From Clostridia bacterium (lineage in GTDB: Bacteria > Bacillota > Clostridia > Oscillospirales > CAG-382), in NCBI GenBank assembly GCA_017561145.1, contig JAFZDO010000008.1:489-64488 (forward strand): a stretch of DNA of 64,000 nt, written 5' to 3'. Below, in pieces: positions 54,570 to 63,511 of the stretch. The notes below the pieces were generated by a model, which saw only the letters and a list, made by a program, of their open reading frames with translations, did not search any database and had not been told where the DNA came from. The position numbers and the translations under genes are program-made. How positions within the stretch are numbered: the stretch's first letter is position 1; the number at the start of each line of letters is the position of its first letter.

Positions 54570-57500
54570 TTATTCGGTTCGCAATGCGACAACGGGGTCC
54601 TTTTTCGAAGCGCTTCTCGAAGGAATGATACCTGCGATGAGCGTAAGAACGATGCTGATGCCGATAAGGAGCAATGCGACCCAGAACGGGAATTCGGTTT
54701 TAAGGTTATCGATATCGGTAAGGACGTTTAAGATAAGGTCTACCAACAGACAAAGCAGATAGGTGACACCTACACCCAACACACCGGACGAAAATCCTAT
54801 CATAACCGTTTCGGCATTGAACATAGTCGAAACATTGCGCTTCGAAGCACCGATAGCGCGTAGAATACCGATTTCCTTGGTACGCTCCTGAACCGAAATA
54901 AGGGTGATAACGCCGATCATTATCGAAGAAACAACGAGCGAAATGGCAACGAATGCGATAAGAACGTAGGTAATAGCGTTGATTATCGTGGTTACCGAGG
55001 ACATCATAAGACCTACGTAATCGGTATAGGTGATCTTCTGAAGCTTATCCTTGCCCTCGTTGTATTCAAGAATAGCCGCCTCGATAGTATCCTTTTCTTC
55101 AAAGGAGGAGGCATAAAGGTTAATGCTTTCGGGATCGTCAAGGTCGACGTAGCCGAGCTTTTTCAAATTATCCTTATAGGTCGAGCTTGAAAATTCAAGA
55201 ACCTCATCGTGATAGAACGCGAGCGTCTTAATAGCCTTCGCCTTTTCTTCGTCGGTACCGACTCTGTCGGAGTTGAGAAGCATATCGAGCTGTTGGATCA
55301 GCATTTCTTCCGAAAGCATCGAGAGCTGTGCCTTGATTCCCTCGGCATATTTCTGCTTTGCGGTTTCGGCGACGATCTGAGAAAAGATCGATTTGATCTC
55401 GTCGTCGCTCATAGTGGAAAGATAGGATTCAACGTCTTCCTGCGACATTTTCATCTGCGTGGCGAGAACGGCAGTAAGCGTTTTTAACATTTCCTCTCTC
55501 GAAATGCCCTTTGTCGCTTCTGTAATAAGGGCGTCGAGCACCTCCTTGGTGGGAGTGCAGACCATTTCGACGTATTTTTCAGCTTTTTTCTTTTGGTCAA
55601 GATCGTTAAAGTAGTTTTTAAGATCTAAAACCTTTTCCTCGTCGGTAAGGTTTCCGGTGCTTTCCTTAAAGGGAAGTCCGGTGAAAATATCGGTCGTTTC
55701 ATCGGCAAGCTGAGCCTTGATAGCATCCGAATCCTTCGATTCCTCGATGATATATTTCGTAAGCTCGCTCGTATAGCCGATAGAGCCCGTCAGCATCGAG
55801 GAAACCGCATCCTCACTCGGGCGGATGATACCAACGACCTTAAGGTCAAGACCGTTTGCGTAAAGCATGCGGAGGACCGAATTGTCCTTGCTCTTTCTGA
55901 GGTCTTCATAATTTCCGTCGCTGTTAAGAACGAAGCACTGCGAGGGAAGAATAGTGCGGAATTCCATACCGCAGATATCTTCAAAGCTCCACTTCTTGGT
56001 GGAGTAATCGATAGGCTGCTTGTTGAACGCGGCGTTTGCGAGTGCGTCGATGTCATCCTTGGAAATAAGACCCAGCGCGTAAAGCGCCATATCCTCGATC
56101 TCGTTGTTTTCGTCAACAACAAGCACGATCTCGTTATAATCGTTCGGCCAGGAGCCGTGAATTACGTCGTATTGCTTTTCGAGCAAGGGATTAATGAGCT
56201 TTCCGTTGTCGCCGGGAAGCATTTCCTGCCAAAGCTTTACGCCCGAATTGGACATAGACATGGTGGCAGAGCCGCCCATCATGCTTTCGTTCATCTGCAT
56301 CATGCCCGAAAGGTCAAGGCCGAAATATTCGACGAGCAATTCCTGCAAAAGCGCATTCGTATCGGAATGGATGATCTGTCCGTCAACGTTTTCGGTATAG
56401 ATAAGAAGGTCGAGCGCATAGGTGTACTGAACGCCGTTGATAGCGTTTTGCAATCCCGTTGTGCTTTCTGGATTCGCGCGTTCGGCTTCAAGAAATTCCT
56501 TAAAGGATCTAAGGTCGTTTTCGGTCGCTTCCATAGCGTTCAACGAGTTTACAAGATTGTAAAACATCGCCTTTTGGTAAACCGCATCCTTTTCGTGATT
56601 GGAATTTTCTGCGGCGTTGCCCATAAACGCTCTTAGCAACGAGCCGATATCCATGTGCTGAGATTCAAGCGTAAGGGGATAGGACGATAACGTGTCCTCC
56701 TGAACGGTATTGATGTACGAGGTCATACCCTGCGATACCGCAAATATCAGCGCGATACCGATAATACCGATGCTTCCCGCAAAGCTCGTAAGCATCGTTC
56801 TGCCCTTTTTGGTGATAAGGTTCTTAAGCGAGAGCGAAAACGAGGTAAGCAAGGACATAGAGGGCTTTTTAGCCTTCTTTTCCGCCTCTGTCTTGATAGC
56901 GTCGTTAACCTTTTCCTTTGCCGCATCCTCTTCGCTCAAGGGTGCACTGTCGGAAAGTATCTCGCCGTCGAGCATCTTTATAACACGTGTCGCATAACGG
57001 TCTGCAAGGTCGGGGTTGTGTGTGACCATGATTACCAATCGGTTTTTAGCAACCTCTTTAAGGATATCCATAACCTGCAAGCTGGTTTCGGAGTCCAAAG
57101 CGCCCGTAGGCTCGTCTGCAAGAATGATCTCGGGGTCGTTAACAAGCGCTCTTGCAATAGCAACGCGCTGCATCTGACCGCCCGACATCTCGGAGGGCTT
57201 TTTGTAAAGCTGATCGTGAAGTCCCACGTCCTCCAAAGCCTTTTTTGCGCGCCTTCTTCTTTCGGCTTTCGAAACGCCGCAAAGCGAAAGTGCCAGCTCT
57301 ACGTTGGAAAGCACGGTCTGGTGGGGAATAAGGTTGTAGCTTTGGAAAACAAAGCCGATGGAATGGTTACGGTATTTGTCCCAATCCGAATCCTTGTATT
57401 CCCTTGTCGATCTGCCGCTTATTATCAGATCGCCGCTGTCGTATTTATCAAGTCCGCCGACAACGTTGAGAAGTGTCGTCTTACCACAGCCGGAAGGACC

Positions 57501-57611
57501 CAAAATGGCAACGAATTCGCTTTCACGGAAATCGATTGAAATACCTTTAAGCGCTTCGGTTACCGTATCGCCAACGGTATAGGATTTTTTAATATCCCGC
57601 AGTTCAAGCAT
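54570..57611 (-). CDS. MacB-type ABC transporter, fused ATPase plus FtsX-family permease with a very large extracytoplasmic domain
   Basis: 1013 aa. It has Walker A (GPSGCGKTT), LSGGQMQR and Walker B (ILADEPTGALD). TM1 lies near residue 280, a ~560-aa soluble insert follows, and then the FtsX motif (ILRAIGASKRNV) with 3 TMs. Confidence 0.85.
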   Translation of the reverse strand: MLELRDIKKSYTVGDTVTEALKGISIDFRESEFVAILGPSGCGKTTLLNVVGGLDKYDSGDLIISGRSTREYKDSDWDKYRNHSIGFVFQSYNLIPHQTVLSNVELALSLCGVSKAERRRRAKKALEDVGLHDQLYKKPSEMSGGQMQRVAIARALVNDPEIILADEPTGALDSETSLQVMDILKEVAKNRLVIMVTHNPDLADRYATRVIKMLDGEILSDSAPLSEEDAAKEKVNDAIKTEAEKKAKKPSMSLLTSFSLSLKNLITKKGRTMLTSFAGSIGIIGIALIFAVSQGMTSYINTVQEDTLSSYPLTLESQHMDIGSLLRAFMGNAAENSNHEKDAVYQKAMFYNLVNSLNAMEATENDLRSFKEFLEAERANPESTTGLQNAINGVQYTYALDLLIYTENVDGQIIHSDTNALLQELLVEYFGLDLSGMMQMNESMMGGSATMSMSNSGVKLWQEMLPGDNGKLINPLLEKQYDVIHGSWPNDYNEIVLVVDENNEIEDMALYALGLISKDDIDALANAAFNKQPIDYSTKKWSFEDICGMEFRTILPSQCFVLNSDGNYEDLRKSKDNSVLRMLYANGLDLKVVGIIRPSEDAVSSMLTGSIGYTSELTKYIIEESKDSDAIKAQLADETTDIFTGLPFKESTGNLTDEEKVLDLKNYFNDLDQKKKAEKYVEMVCTPTKEVLDALITEATKGISREEMLKTLTAVLATQMKMSQEDVESYLSTMSDDEIKSIFSQIVAETAKQKYAEGIKAQLSMLSEEMLIQQLDMLLNSDRVGTDEEKAKAIKTLAFYHDEVLEFSSSTYKDNLKKLGYVDLDDPESINLYASSFEEKDTIEAAILEYNEGKDKLQKITYTDYVGLMMSSVTTIINAITYVLIAFVAISLVVSSIMIGVITLISVQERTKEIGILRAIGASKRNVSTMFNAETVMIGFSSGVLGVGVTYLLCLLVDLILNVLTDIDNLKTEFPFWVALLLIGISIVLTLIAGIIPSRSASKKDPVVALRTE

Positions 57612-57743
57612 AGTCTTTTCCTCGTTAAAGTAAAATTTTATACATTATAATGATAAATCATTCACCGTATGTTTGTCAACAAAAAAATATAATACAAATT
57701 GTAAACAAATTATCATTAGAATATACAACCGCCGATTTTGAGG

Positions 57744-57782
57744 CAAAAAAACACCTCCGAAAGGTAGATCCTCACGGAGGTG
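57744..57782 (-). terminator. Intrinsic terminator after the GH38 gene
   Basis: Stem CACCTCCG/CGGAGGTG. On the minus strand a T7 run follows. Confidence 0.7.
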
Positions 57783-57789
57783 CGCGATT

Positions 57790-60702
57790 TTATATGAATC
57801 TAATGGTGTTGATTTCGTAAGGCGTGAAATTAACGCTTCCGTCGATCTCGCAAATGATATTCTCCATCAAATCGCAAAGATATGCCTTCTTGGCGCCGAA
57901 CGCTTCGTTCAACGTGATGTTTGCGCTTGCGTTCCTGCCCGAAAATTCATAAGCACGAACGATAACGCCGTTTCCGTCCTCGGCGATCTTGACCCAATCA
58001 ACAGCGACGCTTTCGCCGTCACATTCAACGAACGACTTGTCAAGCAACGCGTTATCGACGCATCCGTCAAACGCCTTGGGAGGATCGTTAAGAGCATAGC
58101 CTTCGGATGTCAGCGAGTTTACATAATCTTTGCCGTGAACGTAGAAGGAATAGGTAAAGGAGTGTTTACCCTTGTCTGCATCCTTGCCGGGGTACATACT
58201 GCTTCGGAGAAGGTCGATATCAAGCACGCTGTTCCATACTCTGTGACCGTATTTGCAATCGTTCATCAAAGCCGCACCGTGATCTCCGTCGAAAATATCG
58301 ATCCACTTGTGAGCGCATATTTCCTTCTTCGCCGCCGCAAAGCTGTCGCGCTTGTGAGTGGGACGCTTGATAACGCCGTACTGAATATCACAATCCGCAT
58401 CGTCGCTTTGAGCAGATAGCGGGAAAGCGGCACGGAGCATCTGGTGAGTTTCCTTCCAATCAACGTCGGTGACGAAGTCGATCTTCGCACTGTCGGGATA
58501 GATGATCGCGGTTTGGGTAATGACGCTGTCGTTGATCGTATAAACGGTTTTTCTTTCGGCAACGCCGTCGACAATTTTGGTCGAAACCTCTTTAATCGCA
58601 AGGCGTTTTTGGGGATTTACCGCGTAATCCGCGGGCACCTCCCAAGCGTTTACGGTGTCGGAATAAGCGGTAAGAATATTGCCCTCGCTGCGCAGATATT
58701 CAAATCCGTCTTCCTTGCCGATGACCGAGGAAATACCGCCGTCGGGCGTAAATGTGACCTTTATCTTGCTGTTTTCGATACAATCGCCGTTGACCGAAAC
58801 AGCGCCGCATTTGCAATCCTGCGCCAATGCAAAGCTCATCGGCTTAGCCTTTACGCGGTCGTATTTTTCTCCGTTTTTAACGTATCCGTCGAATTCAAAC
58901 GGCGAAGGATTGAAATAGGTCTTGCCGTTCTTTTCGGTCGCAATCGAATCAAAAGCCGCTTGCTCGATATCCTTGATATCCTTCAGAATAGCCGCATACC
59001 GAACGTCGGTTTCGTCGTAAACGCGCTTTATCGAGCTGCCGGGGATTATATCGTGGAACTGATAAAGCAAAACCTCTTTCCAGAGCTTTTCGAGCTCTGT
59101 ATTGGGATATTCCTTCTTGCCCAAAAGGGAAGAAATGGTTGACATAATTTCGGCATCGTGGAAGCCGAATTCGCACTTTCTGTTGTATCGCTTATTGCGC
59201 GATTGAGTGGTATAGGTGCCTTGGTGCTTTTCGAGATAAAGCTCTCCCTTGTAGGAGGGGAACTTTTCTTTATCCTTATCGAGATCTCTGAAAAAGTCGA
59301 TCGCGAACGCCTGCTTTACCTTCGGGATACCGACAAGATCGTATTCGCGCTCCAATCTTTCAAGATGCTCCATACCGGGACCGCCGCCGCCGTCACCAAT
59401 GCCGTAAAGGAGCATCGAACGGTTATCAATTTCGCGTTCGCGGAATTTTTCCTCGGTGGTTATCATCGATTCGGCTCTTGCCGCGCTGTTGTAATTGCCC
59501 TCGGGAGGCATATGTGTAAGAATGCTCGAGCCGTCAAGACCTATCCAGTTAAAGGTGCTGTGAGGGAAGAGGTTAACGGCGTTCCAGCTCATTTTTATGG
59601 TAAGGAAGTATTTAACTCCGCTCTTTGCCATAATCTGGGGAAGCTGTGCGGTATATCCGAATACGTCGGGGATCCAAAGTATCTCCTGCTCGTAGCCGAA
59701 TTCCTCCTTAAAGAATTTTTTGCCGTAAAGCATCTGACGTACAAGGCTTTCGCCCGAAGGTACGTTGGTATCGCTTTCGACCCAAAAACCGCCCTGAAGC
59801 TCAAGACGACCCTTGTCGTAAAGCTCCTTCATCTGCTTGTAAAGCTCGGGATGCTCGTCGCGCACCCATTCAAGCATTTGCGGCTGACTTACGCCGAAAA
59901 GATAATTCTTATATCTTTCGCTGTGTCTTAAAACGGTTGCAAAGGTTCTTGCCGCCTTGCGCTTCGTTTCTCTTATCGGCCAAAGCCACGCAAGGTCGAT
60001 ATGTGCGTGACCGAGTGCCGTGATTTTAAAATCGCTTTCGCTCTTCTGTGCAAGAAATTCCTCGGTTATTGCCTTTGCGGCTTTTATATCGTCGGAATAG
60101 ACGGAAATTGCCTTTTCAAAGCATTCCTTTGCGTTCTTTTTAAGCTCATCATCCTTGGTTGCCTCGGCGAGATGCCAAATGACCTCAAGGTCGTAATAAA
60201 GATCGCGCTTTGCGTTGTCAACGGTGGCAATATCGGCTCTGTGAAGCACGCCGATCTTGTCAAGAGGTGAATGCTCGTCCTCACCGAAAAGATCGTTTGC
60301 GCCGCAATCGACCCAAATGTCGATATTTCCGCCGTTTAACATTCTTTCGTCGGGGTAAACGACTACCTTACCCGGCAATCCCAAATGGAAGGAGTAAAAG
60401 CTGTCCTTGTTGGTAATGCCCTTAAAGGGTACGCCGTTTCGGTCGAAAACCAAACCCTCGCCGCCTACGTCGAGCAAAAATGCGATCTTGCCGAAATCGG
60501 TGCCCGAAGGGACGCTGCCCTTCATTTCCATCCAAGCGCAATCCCAAAGCTTGCCCCAACGCTCGCCTGCGTTAAGAGGCATAAATCTGCCTTCCTTGCG
60601 GTTTTCATAGGTTACGGGCTCGTCGGTGATATAGGCTGTAACGTCGAATTTTGAAACGGGAGTATATATTTCGTCAAAAAGCCTTTGCAGTCTTTCGTCC
60701 AT
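57790..60702 (-). CDS. GH38 alpha-mannosidase (cytoplasmic, no signal peptide)
   Basis: The ATG at 60702 lies 8 nt after AAAGGA; the listed ORF starts 2 codons earlier at a TTG. The GHAHIDLAWLWP metal-binding motif and the ~970-aa length are typical of bacterial GH38. Confidence 0.88.
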   Translation of the reverse strand: MDERLQRLFDEIYTPVSKFDVTAYITDEPVTYENRKEGRFMPLNAGERWGKLWDCAWMEMKGSVPSGTDFGKIAFLLDVGGEGLVFDRNGVPFKGITNKDSFYSFHLGLPGKVVVYPDERMLNGGNIDIWVDCGANDLFGEDEHSPLDKIGVLHRADIATVDNAKRDLYYDLEVIWHLAEATKDDELKKNAKECFEKAISVYSDDIKAAKAITEEFLAQKSESDFKITALGHAHIDLAWLWPIRETKRKAARTFATVLRHSERYKNYLFGVSQPQMLEWVRDEHPELYKQMKELYDKGRLELQGGFWVESDTNVPSGESLVRQMLYGKKFFKEEFGYEQEILWIPDVFGYTAQLPQIMAKSGVKYFLTIKMSWNAVNLFPHSTFNWIGLDGSSILTHMPPEGNYNSAARAESMITTEEKFREREIDNRSMLLYGIGDGGGGPGMEHLERLEREYDLVGIPKVKQAFAIDFFRDLDKDKEKFPSYKGELYLEKHQGTYTTQSRNKRYNRKCEFGFHDAEIMSTISSLLGKKEYPNTELEKLWKEVLLYQFHDIIPGSSIKRVYDETDVRYAAILKDIKDIEQAAFDSIATEKNGKTYFNPSPFEFDGYVKNGEKYDRVKAKPMSFALAQDCKCGAVSVNGDCIENSKIKVTFTPDGGISSVIGKEDGFEYLRSEGNILTAYSDTVNAWEVPADYAVNPQKRLAIKEVSTKIVDGVAERKTVYTINDSVITQTAIIYPDSAKIDFVTDVDWKETHQMLRAAFPLSAQSDDADCDIQYGVIKRPTHKRDSFAAAKKEICAHKWIDIFDGDHGAALMNDCKYGHRVWNSVLDIDLLRSSMYPGKDADKGKHSFTYSFYVHGKDYVNSLTSEGYALNDPPKAFDGCVDNALLDKSFVECDGESVAVDWVKIAEDGNGVIVRAYEFSGRNASANITLNEAFGAKKAYLCDLMENIICEIDGSVNFTPYEINTIRFI

Positions 60703-60714
60703 TTTCAATTTCCT

Positions 60715-62436
60715 TTATTTACAAAGTAATTTTTTGCAATCCTCGGTGCAGGATCCGATCATAGCATCGGCTTCGCCGTCGCTTTCCGCACGGATAAGGA
60801 TATATGCCTTGATCTTGGGCTCTGTGCCGGAGGGTCTGACAATTACCGCAGAGCCGCCCTCAAGCTCGAAATAAAGCATATTGCTTGCGGGAAGTCCGGT
60901 TTCGCCGGTTGTGCCGTCCGCGTAATTTATAACGCCGTTTGCATAATCGCGCTTTGCGGTTACCTTCATACCGCCGATGGTATCGATGGTCTTTTCGCGG
61001 ATATCCGCCATGATCTCGCCCATAAGTCCCATCGGGTCGATGCCGCTGATCTTAACGTTAAGCACGCTTTCCTTATAAATGCCGTACTCTGCATAGATAT
61101 CCTGCAGGGCTTGATAAACGGTTCTGCCCTCGGCGTAGTGACGGCAAACCATTTCCGCCGCAAGCACGCTTGCACCAACAGCGTCCTTATCTCTTGCATA
61201 GCCTGCGGAAAGATAACCCTGACTTTCCTCATAGCCGAAGATAAAGGTGTTGCTTCCGTCTGCCGACCAAAGCTTTATCTTTTCGCCAATGTATTTAAAT
61301 CCGGTAAGCACGCTTATATGGCGCACTCCGTTCTTTTCGCAGATGGCGTCGAAAAGGTTCGAGGAAACGACCGATTTGATAGCACACGCGTTTTCGGGAA
61401 GATTGCCGTTCTTCTTCCTTATTTTAATAATATGGTCGATAAGCAGTGCGCCGATCTGGTTTCCGTTAAGTGCGAAAAATTCGCCCTTTTCGTTTTTGAT
61501 TGCAAGACCGATTCTGTCCGCGTCGGGGTCGGTGGCGATTATTGCGTTACAATCGATTCCTTTTGCGTCAAGGAGCTTCACAGCCTCCTCAAAGCATTCG
61601 CGGTTTTCGGGGTTGGGCGATGCAACGGTAGGGAAGTTACCGTCGGGTATCATCTGGCTTTCAACGGTGATAAGTCCGTTAATGCCGCAACGCTTCAAAG
61701 CCTCGGGAACAAGCTTATAGCCCGTACCGTGGAGCGCCGTGTATGCGATCTTAACGTCATTTCCGTATTTCTTTGTATTTTCTGCGTCAAGACGGCAATC
61801 GAGCACCGCCGACAAAAACGCTTCGTCGCATTCGTCGCCGATCATAACCAAAAGGCCCTGCTTTTCGGCATCCTCGAGCGACATGGTCTTGACGCCGTTG
61901 AAAATATCGGTTTTTGCCGCGGATTCCGAAACCACGCTTGCGTGCTCGGGCGGAAGCTGTGCGCCATCCTCCCAATAAACCTTATATCCGTTATATTCCT
62001 TCGGATTGTGCGAAGCGGTAACGTTGATACCCGCGATGCATCCGTAATGCAAAATAGCAAAGGAAAGCTCGGGGGTGGGTCTCATTCCGTCAAACAAATA
62101 AACCTTGATCCCGTTTGCGGTAAGAACGCTTGCGGCAGTTTTTGCAAAGGTGTCGGAATCGTTTCTGCTGTCATAGCAGACCGCAACGCCGCGCTGTTGA
62201 CCGTTTGCCGAAACGATAAGCTCTGCCAAGCCCTGAGTGGTCTGTCCGACGGTATATACGTTCATCTTCGAAATGCCGACGTCCATCGTGCTTCTAAGAC
62301 CTGCCGTGCCAAAGCTCATGGGGATCGCGAATCTTTCGGCTATTGCGGTTTCGTCATCCTTTATCTCCAAGAGGCGCTTTTTGGATGCCTCGTCGAGATT
62401 TTCGTTATTAAGCCATTTTTCGAATTCCTTGTTCAT
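60715..62436 (-). CDS. Phospho-sugar mutase (phosphoglucomutase/phosphomannomutase, PgcA-like)
   Basis: 573 aa. It has the active-site TASHNPKEYNGYK, a metal loop DPDADR, and a GGAGGA RBS. Confidence 0.9.
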   Translation of the reverse strand: MNKEFEKWLNNENLDEASKKRLLEIKDDETAIAERFAIPMSFGTAGLRSTMDVGISKMNVYTVGQTTQGLAELIVSANGQQRGVAVCYDSRNDSDTFAKTAASVLTANGIKVYLFDGMRPTPELSFAILHYGCIAGINVTASHNPKEYNGYKVYWEDGAQLPPEHASVVSESAAKTDIFNGVKTMSLEDAEKQGLLVMIGDECDEAFLSAVLDCRLDAENTKKYGNDVKIAYTALHGTGYKLVPEALKRCGINGLITVESQMIPDGNFPTVASPNPENRECFEEAVKLLDAKGIDCNAIIATDPDADRIGLAIKNEKGEFFALNGNQIGALLIDHIIKIRKKNGNLPENACAIKSVVSSNLFDAICEKNGVRHISVLTGFKYIGEKIKLWSADGSNTFIFGYEESQGYLSAGYARDKDAVGASVLAAEMVCRHYAEGRTVYQALQDIYAEYGIYKESVLNVKISGIDPMGLMGEIMADIREKTIDTIGGMKVTAKRDYANGVINYADGTTGETGLPASNMLYFELEGGSAVIVRPSGTEPKIKAYILIRAESDGEADAMIGSCTEDCKKLLCK

Positions 62437-62466
62437 AAAAGGAGTCCTCCAAAAATATTCTGAAAT

Positions 62467-62721
62467 TTATGCGTTCTGAAGCGCTTCCTCCAACGCCTGC
62501 GCCAGCTGATCGGGGCAGGAGGTGGACTTGAATCCGCACTTTATTCCCTTGCATCTCGAAATAATTTCGTCTGCGGTCATACCTTCGCAAAGAGCGGCTA
62601 CACCCTTTAAGTTGCCGTTGCAGCCTCCGACAAAGGAAACGTTGGTCACTTTGCGGTTTTCATCAATGTCAAAAGAGACGCTGCGCGAACAAACGCCCTT
62701 GTTGTTTCTTTCGATTTTCAT
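62467..62721 (-). CDS. TSCPD-domain small protein (TIGR03905-like), function unknown
   Basis: 84 aa. It contains the literal motif TSCPDQLA and upstream conserved Cys (GGCNGN, CKGIKCG). Confidence 0.75.
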   Translation of the reverse strand: MKIERNNKGVCSRSVSFDIDENRKVTNVSFVGGCNGNLKGVAALCEGMTADEIISRCKGIKCGFKSTSCPDQLAQALEEALQNA

Positions 62722-62893
62722 GTTTTTCTCTTCCTTTATTATTATATATAATATATCACAAAAACATTATAACAAAATTCCGCTCTTTGTAAAGAAGATT
62801 TTGAAGATTTTTTTATAAAAAATATTTTTAAAGCTTAAAAAATAAAATAATAAATGTTCACAAATTGTTTACAATTAAATTTGGCAATAGGGG

Positions 62894-62922
62894 TTGCATT
62901 TTATATGTATATATGGTAAAAT
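62894..62922 (+). promoter_or_regulatory. sigma-A type promoter (TTGCAT-17-TAAAAT, extended TG) of the S10 ribosomal protein operon, preceded by a very AT-rich UP-like tract
   Basis: TTGCATtttatatgtatatatggTAAAAT. The 62722..62890 region is almost entirely A/T. Confidence 0.6.
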
Positions 62923-63113
62923 CGACTCCGCTTGGTGTGCGATGAAGCTATAGATTGCTGTCAATTGGCAGGTAACTATGGCAGAGTATGTCCGACAATC
63001 GGGCGCAGGCTTCGAGCATTTTTTAAGGGTGTTTTACGAAACGCCCGGCACGGTGTTCAAGGCTCTGCCGTCAAATCATTTCATTTTATTATATTTTATT
63101 TGGAGGCAAACCC

Positions 63114-63425
63114 ATGGCAAAGAAAGAAAAAATCAGAATCCGTCTTAAGAGCTACGATCACACTCTCATCGATCGTGCAGCTGAAAAGATCGTTGAAACC
63201 GCTAAGCGCAACGGCGCTACCGTTTCCGGTCCCATTCCTCTTCCTACCGAAAAGGAAATCATCACCATCCTTCGTGCAGTTCACAAGTACAAGGACAGCC
63301 GCGAACAGTTCGAATACAGAACTCACAAGCGTCTTATCGACATCATCAAGCCCTCTAAGGCTTGCGTAGAAGCTCTTATGAGCACCGATCTCCCCGCAGG
63401 CGTTGATTTCAATGTAGAGCTTTAA
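63114..63425 (+). CDS. rpsJ: 30S ribosomal protein S10
   Basis: 103 aa: [27 protein letters not shown].., canonical S10. Confidence 0.98.
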   Translation: MAKKEKIRIRLKSYDHTLIDRAAEKIVETAKRNGATVSGPIPLPTEKEIITILRAVHKYKDSREQFEYRTHKRLIDIIKPSKACVEALMSTDLPAGVDFNVEL

Positions 63426-63511
63426 TTAATCTTTTTAACAACTTTTGTCAAATTAAGGTCACGTTGATGTGCGTATGGTGCGTCAACCAATAACCTAAGG
63501 AGGATAAACAA

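Noticed and set aside
54398-54592. 64-aa minus-strand ORF between the ABC gene and the Na/Pi transporter gene
   Set aside because: It overlaps the ABC gene stop and its terminator hairpin, has no RBS, and has an implausible composition.
62932-63369. 145-aa plus-strand ORF overlapping the rpsJ leader and rpsJ in another frame
   Set aside because: rpsJ in the alternative frame is unambiguous. This ORF starts at a non-ATG codon inside the leader without an RBS.
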